Source of the DNA: an uncultured Thermoleophilia bacterium
GTDB lineage: Bacteria > Actinomycetota > Thermoleophilia > UBA2241
NCBI GenBank assembly: GCA_963702475.1
Contig: CAVPCT010000006.1
Span: 192,001-256,000, forward strand
DNA length: 64,000 nucleotides
Reading direction: 5' to 3'
Shown: positions 28,820-38,836 of the stretch, piece by piece
Layout: each line of letters opens with the position of its first letter
Numbering within the stretch: position 1 is the stretch's first letter
Notes under the pieces: model-generated
Databases searched by the model: none
What the model was told of the DNA's origin: nothing
What the model saw: only the letters and a program-made list of their open reading frames with translations
Program-made: the position numbers and the translations under genes

Positions 28820-29905
28820 ATGACCGACCTTCTCGACGCCACTCTCGCCGCCATCCAGCCGCTCGACGCCGCCGCGATGCGCGCGGCCGAAGAGCGCCAG
28901 CTGCACCTCACCAAGCCGCCCAAGGCGCTCGGCCGCCTGGAGACCATCTCCATCCAGCTCGCGGGGATCCAGGGCAAGGACCAGCCGCGGATCGAGCACA
29001 AGGCCATCGCCGTGATGGCCGCCGACCACGGCGTGACCGCCGAGGGCGTGAGCGCGTTCCCGGCCGAGGTTACGCCTGCCATGGTCTTCAACATGGCCGC
29101 CGGCGGGGCCGGCATCAACGTCATCGGGCGGCACGTGGGCGCCCGCGTCGTCGTCACCGATGTCGGCGTGAACGCCGACCTCAGCGCCGCGCCGGGCGTT
29201 CGCCAGGAGAAGGTCCGCATGGGCACGGCCAACATGGCGCACGGCCCGGCCATGACCCGCGACGAGGCCGTCCGCGCCATCGAGATCGGCGTCCGCGTGG
29301 TCGAGGACGAATTGAAGAACGGCCTGGACGTGATCGCCACAGGCGAGGTGGGCATCGGCAACACGACCGCCGCATCGGCGGTGATCGCCGCCCTGACCGG
29401 CGAGCCGCCGACCACCGTCACCGGCCGCGGCACCGGCATCACCAAGGACGCGCTGCCGCGCAAGGTCGCGACCATCGAGAAGGCGCTCGTCACCAACAAG
29501 CCCGACCCGTCGGACCCCATCGACGTGCTGGCCAAGGTCGGCGGCCTCGACATCGCCGCGATGACCGGCGTGTTTCTGGGCGGCGCGGCGCATCGCGTCC
29601 CCGTGGTGATGGACGGATTCATCAGCGCGGCCGCCGCGCTCGCCGCCGCGCGCCTTTGCCCCGAGTGCGTCAACTACATCCTGCCAAGCCACGTGAGCAT
29701 CGAGATCGGCCACCAGGTCGTCCTGAACGAGCTGGGACTCACGCCGCTGTTCGACCTCGAGATGCGCCTGGGCGAGGGGACCGGGGCGGCGCTGTCGATG
29801 AGCATCATCGAGGCCGCCGCCCGCATCCTCAGCGAGATGGCGACGTTCGAGAGCGCCGGCGTGGCCGGCGACCCCGCCGAAGCCGACGCCGACCTGACCA
29901 GGTGA
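28820..29905 (+). CDS. cobT: Nicotinate-nucleotide:lower-ligand base phosphoribosyltransferase
   Basis: LTKPPKALGRLE, ADHGV, GEVGIGNTT, GRGTG, VGGLDIAAM, DGFI, MRLGEGTGA. Confidence 0.96.
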   Translation: MTDLLDATLAAIQPLDAAAMRAAEERQLHLTKPPKALGRLETISIQLAGIQGKDQPRIEHKAIAVMAADHGVTAEGVSAFPAEVTPAMVFNMAAGGAGINVIGRHVGARVVVTDVGVNADLSAAPGVRQEKVRMGTANMAHGPAMTRDEAVRAIEIGVRVVEDELKNGLDVIATGEVGIGNTTAASAVIAALTGEPPTTVTGRGTGITKDALPRKVATIEKALVTNKPDPSDPIDVLAKVGGLDIAAMTGVFLGGAAHRVPVVMDGFISAAAALAAARLCPECVNYILPSHVSIEIGHQVVLNELGLTPLFDLEMRLGEGTGAALSMSIIEAAARILSEMATFESAGVAGDPAEADADLTR

Positions 29906-29958
29906 CGGGGAGGGACCGGACCCTGTGACGACAGCAGCGACGAGGAGAGGGCGGCGCA

Positions 29959-30957
29959 GTGAGCGATCGCGGTGACTGGTTCGATGACGCCGGCGCCGGT
30001 CTTGGCGAGGTGTCCGCGGATGCCGAGGGACGCGACGGGCGCCGCCGCGAGACGGAGCGGCCGAAGGCCATGCCTGCGGCCGAGGAGCTCGCGGCGCTGG
30101 CCGCCGCGCGCGAGCAGCGCGGCGCGCCCGACGAGGCGGTCGAGGAGGTCCCCGGCCCGGCGGCATCCGGCGGCCCGGTCCGGCAGCTGACGCTCGCCGT
30201 CACCTTCCTCACCGGCATCCCGCTCAAGGTCGAGGGCGTCGTCTCGCCGCGCGACCTGTGGCGCAGCATGGGCTGGTACCCGCTCGTCGGGCTCGTTATC
30301 GGCGCGGTGGCGTGGGCGGTGTATGCCGGGCTGACCTACGTGCTGCCCGGCCTTGTCGCCGCGATCCTCGTCGTCATCCTGTTGGAGCTGCTCACGCGCG
30401 GCTTGCACATGGACGGCGTGATGGACACCGCCGACGGCATCCTCAGCGGAGCCCCCCGCGAGCGCGCGCTGGTGATCATGAAGGACCACAACGTCGGCGC
30501 GATGGGCGTCGTTGCGGCGGTCCTGCTGCTGCTCCTGAAGGTGGCGGCCCTGGGGGCGCTGGCGCGTCCCGAGGCGGCCGCCCCGCTGCTCGCCGGGTGG
30601 GCGGCCGCGCGCGCCCTGCCGGCGCTCGACGTGTACCTGTGGCCGTACGCGCGTCCCGCCGGCACCGGCGAAGCATTCACACGCGAGCGCAGCCTCGGGC
30701 CCGTGGGGCTGGCGCTCGGGTTCCTGGCGGCCGCCGTGGTCGTGGCCGGGGTCGCCGGTCTGACGCTCGACGCGCTCGGTTCGTGGTACGCCGGCCTGGT
30801 GGCCGCCGCCGCGTCGATGGCCGTCGCGCTGGGCGTCCAGGCGCTTGTGGCGCGTAAGCTGGGCGGCCTCACCGGCGACGTGTACGGCATGGGCATCGAG
30901 CTGGCCGAGGCCACCGCGCTCGTCACCGGCTGCGTCGTCGTGGGGGTGCTGCTGTGA
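29959..30957 (+). CDS. cobS: Adenosylcobinamide-GDP ribazoletransferase (cobamide synthase)
   Basis: FLTGIP, YPLVG, LTRGLHMDGVMDTADG, IMKDHNVGAMG, GGLTGDVYG; long acidic N-terminal extension. Confidence 0.93.
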   Translation: MSDRGDWFDDAGAGLGEVSADAEGRDGRRRETERPKAMPAAEELAALAAAREQRGAPDEAVEEVPGPAASGGPVRQLTLAVTFLTGIPLKVEGVVSPRDLWRSMGWYPLVGLVIGAVAWAVYAGLTYVLPGLVAAILVVILLELLTRGLHMDGVMDTADGILSGAPRERALVIMKDHNVGAMGVVAAVLLLLLKVAALGALARPEAAAPLLAGWAAARALPALDVYLWPYARPAGTGEAFTRERSLGPVGLALGFLAAAVVVAGVAGLTLDALGSWYAGLVAAAASMAVALGVQALVARKLGGLTGDVYGMGIELAEATALVTGCVVVGVLL

Positions 30958-31794
30958 AGCTGTACCTGGTCAGACACGGCCAGTCGACGGGCAACGTCGG
31001 AGAGCAGCTGATGGGGCAGAGCGACCATCCGCTCACGCCGCTCGGCGAGACCCAGGCGGCGGCGGCCGCCCAGCGGCTGGCGCCGTTCGGCCCGATGCCC
31101 GTGTACCACAGCGACCTGCCGCGCGCCGTGGCTACGGCGCGGTCCATCGCCGAGGCCTGGCGCGCGGACGCGGCGGCGCGCCGGGGGCAGCGGCCGGGGC
31201 GGCGCGGCCGGCGAAGCCGCACCGGCTCCTTCCACGCCGCTCCTGTTCTCGGATCCCCGCCTGCGCGAGATCAGCCTCGGCGAGTACGAGGGTGCCTCGT
31301 GGGAGCGGTTCGAGGCCGACGCGGAGCTCATGGCGGCGTTCGAACGGGACCCCTACGGCACGGCCGTGCCCGGCGGTGAGTCTCTCGCGCACCTCGTCGA
31401 CCGCGTCATCGCCGCGGTGCGCGACATCCTCTCCGCGCACGGCGTGACCGACGACCACGCGCTGTCCACCGAGGCCGTGGCCACGTCGGACGCGAGCGCG
31501 CTCGCCACCGGCTTCCACCTGCCGCCGCAGGGTGAGGCCGCCTGCATCGTCGCCCACGACGGGCCCATCCGCGCCATACTGAACCACTACCTCGGGGTGC
31601 CGCCGGAGAAGTGGTGGACCTTGTCCACCACCCACGGCGGCGTCTCTCTGCTCGAGTTCAGTGGCGGCTGGGTCAACGTACGCTACGTGAACGCCGCAGA
31701 ACACCTCGCCGGCCTGGAGCCGGACGTCTACGTGCCCACTATGGACGACCCCGGCGTCGACGCCGGCGGCGACACTGCTCCACGGCCCGGCTGA
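30954..31794 (+). CDS. cobC: Histidine phosphatase, probable alpha-ribazole-5'-phosphate phosphatase; frameshifted near 31190-31250
   Basis: MKLYLVRHGQS, SDLPRAVATA, PRLREISLGEYEG, PGGES, VAHDGPIR; located after cobS. Confidence 0.8.
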
Positions 31795-31805
31795 CGCCTC
31801 GTCAC

Positions 31806-32759
31806 ATGACCGCGAGACCCCTGCACGACGACTGGCGCTTCGCCCTCTGCACCGTCCTTCTGGCCGGCGTCATGGACGTCGCCCTCGGTGAGCCGCCGGC
31901 CCGCGTGCACCCCGTGGTGTGGATGGGCCGGCTGATCGGCGCGCTGGAGCGGCGCCGCCCACAGGACCGACCGGTCGCGGAGCTCGCCTACGGCGTGCTC
32001 ATCGTCGGCGTCACCGCCGGAACGGCTGCCGGCGCCGGCGTCGCCCTCAGCCGCGGCCTGCGCCGGCTGCCCTGGTGGCTCGCCCTGCCGGCCGGCGCCT
32101 ACGCCCTCAAGACGACCTTCTCGCTACGCGGCCTCGTGCGCGCCGGCCGGGACGTGCAGGACGCCCTCGGCGAAGACACTGGTGCGGCCCGGGAGCGGCT
32201 CGCGGCACTGGTCAGCCGCTCGCCCGACCTCGACCCTCCGCTCATCGTCTCCGCCACGGTCGAGTCGCTCGCCGAGAACCTCACCGACAGCGTCGTCTCT
32301 CCGCTGCTCGCGTTCTCGCTCTTCGGACTGCCGGGCGCGCTGGCGTATCGGTCGGTGAACACCATGGACGCCATGCTCGGCTACCGCGACCACCGTGAGT
32401 ACGTCGGCAAGGCGGCGGCCCGCAGCGACGACGCCGCCAACTGGCTCCCCACCCGTCTCACCGGGTTGCTGCTCGTCGGCATCGCGGCGCTCAAAGGGAG
32501 GGCCGGGCGCGCGTGGTGGGCGTTCCGCACGCAGCACCGGCCTGAGCATGGTCCCAACAAGACGCTGGCCATCGCGACCATGGCCGGCGCCCTTGGCGTG
32601 CAGCTGCAGAAGCCGGGGGCCTACGCGCTCGGCGAGGCCGAGCGCCCGCTGACGCCGGCGGTGATCGACGACGCCGCGAAGATGGTGTGGGCGGCCGGCG
32701 GTGTCGCGGTGGCCGCCACTGCGGGGCTCGCCGCACTCGTGCGGGCGGTGACGCGATGA
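31806..32759 (+). CDS. cbiB: Adenosylcobinamide-phosphate synthase
   Basis: GEPPARVHPVVWMG, ATVESLAENLTDSVVSPL, YRSVNTMDAMLGY, DDAANWLPTRL. Confidence 0.93.
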   Translation: MTARPLHDDWRFALCTVLLAGVMDVALGEPPARVHPVVWMGRLIGALERRRPQDRPVAELAYGVLIVGVTAGTAAGAGVALSRGLRRLPWWLALPAGAYALKTTFSLRGLVRAGRDVQDALGEDTGAARERLAALVSRSPDLDPPLIVSATVESLAENLTDSVVSPLLAFSLFGLPGALAYRSVNTMDAMLGYRDHREYVGKAAARSDDAANWLPTRLTGLLLVGIAALKGRAGRAWWAFRTQHRPEHGPNKTLAIATMAGALGVQLQKPGAYALGEAERPLTPAVIDDAAKMVWAAGGVAVAATAGLAALVRAVTR

Positions 32760-33910
32760 ACCGGCCGCTGCCCGAGCTGCTCGCAGTGCCCGGCGCCCCG
32801 GCGCCCGCGTACAGCGCCGGCCTTCTCCGCCGGGTGGCCCGGTCGGCTCACGGTGCGGTCGACCCCACGGCGCTGCGCGCCGAGGGCGTCGACCCGGGAG
32901 CGATCGTCGACTTCAGCTCGAACCAGTCGCCGCTCGGCGCCGCCCCCGGCGTGGCCGCAGCGGTCGCCGGCGCCGTTGTGGACGCCTACCCGGACCCGCA
33001 CGTTGCGGAGCTCGGTGAGCGCCTCGCCTCGCGGCACGGCGTCGACCCCGCGCAGGTGGTCTGCGGCAACGGCAGTACCGAGCTGATCCGGCTGGTCGCC
33101 CAACTGGCGCTCGGCCCGACGGAAACGGCGCTGGCGCTGGCGCCGGTGTTCGGCGAGTGCGAGGTGGCCACGGCGCTCGCCGGCGCGCGTCTGGAGCAGG
33201 TCATGCTGGCGCACGACGCTCCCGGCTCGGGCTTCGCCTGCGACGACCAGGCGCTGCGCTGCGCGCTTGCGCGTCTGCGGCCGCGGCTGTGTTGGCTCTG
33301 CTCGCCGAACAATCCGACCGGAGCGTCGCTGTCCCCCGCCTTGATCGCTGCGCTGGTCGCTGGTCACCCGGAGACCCTGTTCGTCCTCGACGAGGCGTAC
33401 TGCGACCTGCTGGCCGAATCGCAGTGGGAGCGCGCCGCACTGGCCGGCGGCAATCTCGTCGTGCTGCACTCGATGACCAAGTATTGGGGGTTGGCCGGAC
33501 TCCGTCTTGGCTTCGCCGTCGCGGCTCTACAGACGGCCGCGGCGCTGCGCGCCGCGGCACCACCCTGGAGCGTGAACGCCTGCGCCCAGAAGGCCGGCCT
33601 GGCCGCGCTCGCCGACCTCGGTCACCACCGCAGGTCCGTCGAGCTGCTCACCCGCGAGCGCGACCGCCTTGCGGCCGGCCTGCACGCGAGCGGCTGGACG
33701 ACCGAGCCGACGACGGCCGGCTTCTTCCTCGTCTACGCCGGCGACGCGGCAGCGCTTCGCCGCGCCCTGCTCACGCGCGGCTGCCTGGTCCGCGACTGCG
33801 CGTCGTTCGGGCTGCCCGGGCACGTGCGCGTCAGCCCCCGACACCCGGAGCAGAACGACCTGCTGCTGGCCGCGTTCGCCGCGCTCGGGCCGCCGGAGGC
33901 GGCAGCATGA
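32756..33910 (+). CDS. cobD: Threonine-phosphate decarboxylase (PLP class I/II)
   Basis: HG...DFSSNQSPLG, YPDP, GNGSTELI, SPNNPTG, DEAY, SMTKYWGLAGLRLG, LVRDCASFG. Confidence 0.88.
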   Translation: MNRPLPELLAVPGAPAPAYSAGLLRRVARSAHGAVDPTALRAEGVDPGAIVDFSSNQSPLGAAPGVAAAVAGAVVDAYPDPHVAELGERLASRHGVDPAQVVCGNGSTELIRLVAQLALGPTETALALAPVFGECEVATALAGARLEQVMLAHDAPGSGFACDDQALRCALARLRPRLCWLCSPNNPTGASLSPALIAALVAGHPETLFVLDEAYCDLLAESQWERAALAGGNLVVLHSMTKYWGLAGLRLGFAVAALQTAAALRAAAPPWSVNACAQKAGLAALADLGHHRRSVELLTRERDRLAAGLHASGWTTEPTTAGFFLVYAGDAAALRRALLTRGCLVRDCASFGLPGHVRVSPRHPEQNDLLLAAFAALGPPEAAA

Positions 33911-35355
33911 GCGCCGTGAGCGCCGCCGCCCTCCGTCGCTCGCCGGCCGTGTTCGCGCCGCGCATCGTCGTCGCCGCGCCGCGCAGCGGCGAGGGCAAGA
34001 CCACGGTAGCCCTCGGCCTTATGGCGGCTCTGCGCCGTCGCGGTCTTCGCGTCCAGGGGTACAAGGTCGGCCCGGACTACCTGGACACGGGCTACCAGCG
34101 GTACGCTGCCGGTGCGGCCGGGCGGAACCTGGACCTGTTCATGATGGGCGAAGACGCGGTGCTCGGCGCGCTCGCCGGCGCGGACGCCGACGTCGCCGTG
34201 ATCGAGGGCGTGATGGGCTTGTTCGACGGCCATCGCGACGGCGTGACGCCGACCAGCACGGGTGACGTGGCGGCGCGCCTGCGGGCCCCGGTCGTCCTCG
34301 TGCTCGACGCGGCGCGCATGGCCGCGAGCGCCGGGGCCGTCGCGCTCGGCTTCAAGAGCTTCGACCCGTCGGTGGACGTCGCCGGCGTGCTCCTCAACCG
34401 CTGGAACCCGAGCCGCTCCAAGGTCGCGGTGGAGGCCGCGCTCGACCGCGCCGGCGTCCCGGCGCTCGGGTATCTGCCGGTGGCCGGCGACCTCGAGCTG
34501 CCCTCGCGACACCTCGGCCTCGTGGTCGCGGACGAGCTCGGCGCCGAGATCGCCGGGGTGATGGACCGCCTCGGCGACTGGGTCGAGCAGCACGCCGATG
34601 TCGGCAGGCTGCTGGAGCTCGCGCGGTCTACGCCGGAAGTGCCGGTGGAGCGAGCCGCCGTGTGGCCCGCGCCTTCCGGGCCCGGGCCGCGCATCGCCAT
34701 CGCCTGGGACGCCGCCTTCGCCTTCTACTACGCGGACAACCTCGAGCTGCTGCGCGCCCGCGGCGCCGAGCTCGTCTTCTTCAGCCCGCTGGAGGCCGCC
34801 GAGCTGCCCGTCTGCGATGGTCTCTACCTCGGCGGCGGCTACCCCGAGCTGCACGCGGCCGGTCTGTCGGCCAACGAGCCTCTCCGCCATGCTCTCGCCG
34901 CAGCCATCCGGGACGGTCTGCCGACCTACGCCGAGTGCGGCGGCCTGCTGTATCTGTGCGAGTCGCTCGTCGACCTCGAAGGCCGACCCTGGCCGCTCGT
35001 TGGCGCGGTGCCTGGCCGTGCCGCCATGCACGGCCGGCTGCAGGGCATGGGCTACCGTGAAGGCGTCCTTGCCTCGGATTCGCTCCTCGGCGCCTTCGGC
35101 ACGGCAGTCCGCGGTCACGAGTTCCACTACTCGTCCTGCCGGATCGACCGCACCGGCGCACACGGCACCGGCCCGCATGTCGCCGGTCACCCTGCCTATC
35201 TCGTCGACGGAGCGCCGGAGGGCTACGCCGCCGGCGACCTCTTCGCGTCCTACGTCCACCTGCACTTCGCCGGCTACCCCGCGCTGCTCGACAGCTGGCT
35301 CGAGCGCTGCCGGGCGTCCGCCCGCCCTGCCCCCTCAGGAGGTCCATCAGTATGA
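33907..35355 (+). CDS. cbiA: Cobyrinate a,c-diamide synthase
   Basis: SGEGKTT, KVGPDYLD, EGVMGLFDG, PSRHLGL, AFAFYY, GGGYPE, YAECGG, GHEFHYS. Confidence 0.95.
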   Translation: MSAVSAAALRRSPAVFAPRIVVAAPRSGEGKTTVALGLMAALRRRGLRVQGYKVGPDYLDTGYQRYAAGAAGRNLDLFMMGEDAVLGALAGADADVAVIEGVMGLFDGHRDGVTPTSTGDVAARLRAPVVLVLDAARMAASAGAVALGFKSFDPSVDVAGVLLNRWNPSRSKVAVEAALDRAGVPALGYLPVAGDLELPSRHLGLVVADELGAEIAGVMDRLGDWVEQHADVGRLLELARSTPEVPVERAAVWPAPSGPGPRIAIAWDAAFAFYYADNLELLRARGAELVFFSPLEAAELPVCDGLYLGGGYPELHAAGLSANEPLRHALAAAIRDGLPTYAECGGLLYLCESLVDLEGRPWPLVGAVPGRAAMHGRLQGMGYREGVLASDSLLGAFGTAVRGHEFHYSSCRIDRTGAHGTGPHVAGHPAYLVDGAPEGYAAGDLFASYVHLHFAGYPALLDSWLERCRASARPAPSGGPSV

Positions 35356-35720
35356 GTGCTCTCATCGTGCTCGGTCACGGCAGTCGCAACGCCGCGGCCA
35401 CCGAGCAGTTCCACGTGGTCGTCGAGCAGCTGCGCGTGCGCCGGGACGACCCGGTGTACGCCGCCTTCATGGAGCTCGCCGAGCCCACGCTGGGCGACGC
35501 GGTCGCGGAGGCCGTCGGCGCCGGCGCCGCCGAGGTCGTGGTGCAGCCATGCTTCCTGTTCGACGGCAACCACATCCGCCGCGACGTCCCCGAGCTCCTC
35601 AGCGGGCTCGCCGCCCGGTATCCGGACGTCTCGTTCAGGTTCGGACGTCCCATCGGACCCGATCCGCGTGTCGCCGACATCCTGCTCGAACGTGCCGGGG
35701 AGGCCGCATGTCTGGCCTGA
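35352..35720 (+). CDS. cbiX: Short-form sirohydrochlorin cobaltochelatase (CbiXS type)
   Basis: LGHGSR, AFMELAEP, PCFLFDGNHIRRDVP; 122 aa. Confidence 0.88.
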   Translation: MSALIVLGHGSRNAAATEQFHVVVEQLRVRRDDPVYAAFMELAEPTLGDAVAEAVGAGAAEVVVQPCFLFDGNHIRRDVPELLSGLAARYPDVSFRFGRPIGPDPRVADILLERAGEAACLA

Positions 35721-36331
35721 AGCCGCACGAGATCGAGGTCCGCAGCATGGAGATCATCGACGGCCTCCTGCCCGCGGGCGACTGGGATGCGGGCGAGCGC
35801 ACGGTGGTCAAGCGTCTCGTGCACACGAGCGGCGATCCCTCGCTGGCCGGGGAGGTGCGGTTCTCCGCCGGCGCCGTTGCGGCCGGCGTGGCGGCGCTGC
35901 GCGCGGGCGTGCCCGTGTTCACCGACACCCACATGGTGCGGATGGGCATCAACCGGGACCGCGTCGCCGCGCTGGGCGGGACGGTGGAGTGCCTGATCTC
36001 GGACGAGGCCGTGGCGGCCGAGGCGAAGCGGACCGGCCGCACGCGTGCGGCGACGGCCATGCGCACGCTGGGCGCCCGGCTCGATGGTGCGGTGGTCGCG
36101 CTGGGGAACGCGCCGACCGCGCTGCGCGAGGTGCTGGTGATGGCGACGGAAGGCGTGGCGCGTCCGGCGCTGGTCATCGGCATGCCGGTCGGGTTCGTCG
36201 ACGCGGCCGAGTCCAAGGATGCACTCATCGACTCCGACCTGGCGTTCGTCGCGGTCCACGGCACGCGCGGCGGCAGCCCGCTCGCCGCGGCGACCGTCAA
36301 CGCCCTGCTGCGCGTGCTCGCCGAGGAGTGA
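35708..36331 (+). CDS. cbiC: Cobalt-precorrin-8 methylmutase
   Basis: PHEIEVRSMEII, RLVHTSGD, GNAPTAL, GMPVGFVDAAESK, RGGSPLAAATVNAL. Confidence 0.95.
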   Translation: MSGLKPHEIEVRSMEIIDGLLPAGDWDAGERTVVKRLVHTSGDPSLAGEVRFSAGAVAAGVAALRAGVPVFTDTHMVRMGINRDRVAALGGTVECLISDEAVAAEAKRTGRTRAATAMRTLGARLDGAVVALGNAPTALREVLVMATEGVARPALVIGMPVGFVDAAESKDALIDSDLAFVAVHGTRGGSPLAAATVNALLRVLAEE

Positions 36332-36369
36332 GCGGGACGGACGTGGACGGGACGGCCGGAAGGGAAGCG

Positions 36370-38200
36370 ATGACGACGGAGCGGACACGGGGTCGGGATA
36401 CCGCGGCGGAGGCGGAGCCGCGCAGCGGCCTGACGACGGGCACGTGCGCCGCCGCCGCCACGAAGGCGGCGGCCCTGGCGCTCGCCGGCGCGCCTTGCGC
36501 CGCGGTGGACGTCGAGCTGCCCGGCGGTGACGTCGTGACCCTGGCGGTCGAGTGGACCGAGCGCCCGCGACCCGGCTGCGCCCGCGCGGCCGTCGTGAAG
36601 GACGCGGGCGACGACCCGGACGTGACCGACGGCATGACGGTGGTCGCCGAGGTCGAGGTGCTCGACACGCTTGAGGCGGCCGGGTCCGGCGGCGCCCCGC
36701 CGGCCGAGCCCGACGGCGTGACCTTCGCTGCCGGCCCGGGCGTCGGCACGGTCACCCGGGCCGGGCTGCAGGTGCCGCCCGGCGAGCCGGCCATCAACCC
36801 CGTGCCGCGCCGCATGATCACGGAGGCCGTGCGCCAGGTGTTGCCCGAGGGCGCGCTGCGCGTCACCGTGAGCATCCCCGGCGGCGAGGAGACGGCGCGG
36901 CGCACGTTCAATCCGCGGCTCGGCATCGAAGGCGGGCTGTCGGTGCTGGGTACGTCGGGCCGCGTGATACCGAAGTCGGAGGACGCCTGGCTGCGCTCGC
37001 TGCTGCCCGCAGGTCGACATGGCGCTGGCCGAGGGTCACTCGAAGCTGTACCTTGCGCCCGGCGGCTTCGGTGAGCGCGCCGCGCGCGAGCAGCTGGGCG
37101 CGCCCGAGGCAGCGATCGTGCAGTGCTCCAACTTCGCCGGCGACCTGCTCGACCACTGCGCCGACAGGGGAGTCGAGCAGGTCGTGTTCGTCGGCCACGC
37201 CGGCAAGCTCGTCAAGCTCGCGGCCGGCATCTGGAACACGCACAGCCGGTACGGCGATGCGCGCCTTGAGACGCTCGCCGCGCTGGCGGCCGCCGCAGGC
37301 GCGCCGCCCACGGTCGTGACGAAGCTGCTCGACCTGCCGACCGCCGAGGCGGCGGCGGCGCTGCTCGCCGAGGCCGGTCTGGACGATGTCTGGGACGACG
37401 TGGCGGACCGCGTCGTGTGGCGCGCCGCCGAGCGCGTCGCGAAGCGCGCCGCGGAACTGCCGTGCTGTGATTGTGCCGTGGTGGCGTACGACGGCGAGGT
37501 ACTGGGCCGCTCGGCGGCGCTGCGCGCCGCGCCGGCGTCTGCACCGCCCTCGGGACCGCCCGCAGCCTCACCCGCGTTCGAGCTGACGGTCGTCGGGGTC
37601 GGCCCTGGCGCCGACGAGTGGCTCACGCCTGCCGCGTGGCGTGCGGTGCGCCACGCCGACGTGGTCGTCGGCGGCCACCGCCAGCTCGAGCGGTTCGCCC
37701 CTGCCGGGGCTGAGAGGGTGGTCGTGGGAGCCAGGATGGAGGACGTCGCGGCGGCACTGCGTCGCTGCGCCGGGCGTCGCGTGACCGTGCTGGCCAGCGG
37801 CGACCCCGGCTTCTACGGCATCCCCGTCGCCTTGCGCCGCCTGCTGCCGGACGCTCACGTAGTCACGCTGCCCGGCATCAGCTCGGTGCAGCTGGCGGCA
37901 GCGCGGCTGGGTCGCCCCTGGCACGATGTCTGCTTCGCGAGCGCGCATGGCCTCGAGACCGCCGGCGTGGTCGAGGCCGTGCGGGCCCACCCGCGGGTCT
38001 TCGCCCTGAGCGACGCGGCACACGCGCCGCAGACTCTGGCGGCCGCGCTTGTCGCCGCGGGCATCGCCGCTCTCGTCACGGTGCTGGAGCGACTCGGGGA
38101 GCCCGACGAGCGTCTCACCGCGGGCGACGCGGCCGTCATCGCCGAAGGCGAGTTCGACGGCCTCGCCGTGACCTTCATCGAACGAGAGGAGCAGGCATGA
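36370..38200 (+). CDS. cbiD: CbiD-CbiE fusion (C1-methyltransferase plus C5-methyltransferase); frameshift near 37010
   Basis: GLTTGTCAAAA, KDAGDDPDVT, GPGVGTVT, PAINPVPR, TFNPRLGI, GHAGKLVKLAAGIWNTHS, then in frame VVGVGPG...LASGDPGFYG...PGISSVQLAAARL. Confidence 0.88.
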
Positions 38201-38836
38201 GTGCCTCCGCATGCGAGGGCGGACGAGTGTGTGGCGCCGTCCCTCCAGGCCTCCCCGACGGACTCTTTCAGCGTGGCGACGCGCCCATGACCAAGGCTGA
38301 GGTGCGCGCCGTGACCATGTCGTTCGCGCGCCTCCGCAGTGACGACCGCGTACTCGATATCGGCGCCGGCACCGGCAGCATGACGGTCGAGGCGACGTTG
38401 TTGTGCCCGCACGGCGAGGTCGTCGCTGTGGAGCGCGACCCGGCGGCGCTCGAGGTACTGCGTCGCAACCTCGAGCGCTTCGGGCTGACGAACGTCGCCG
38501 TGGTCGAGGGGCACGCGCCCGACGTCTTCGCCGACGTGGTCGCGTTCGCAGAGGCGTCGTTCGACTGCGTCCTCGTCGGCGGCAGCGGCGGCAAGCTCGC
38601 CGGAGATCATCGAGGGGGCTGCTGGACTACTTGTTCCGTCTGGACGGATCGTCTGCAACACCATCTGCCTCGAGACGACGGCGACGGTGGCGGCGGTGCT
38701 GCGCCGGCCGCCATGGACCGGCTTCTCTTGCAGCCAGGTGAGCGTCGCGCGCGGCGTCCCGGCCGGCCCGCTGCTCCGTTTCGAGGCTCTGAACCCGGTG
38801 TGGGTGACGACCGCCGTGCTGGGAGGAACCGAGTGA
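38197..38836 (+). CDS. cbiT: Cobalt-precorrin-6B C15-methyltransferase (decarboxylating); frameshift near 38600
   Basis: PMTKAEVRA, DIGAGTGSMTVE, GHAPD, VGGSGG, then IVCNTICLET...EALNPVWV. Confidence 0.88.
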
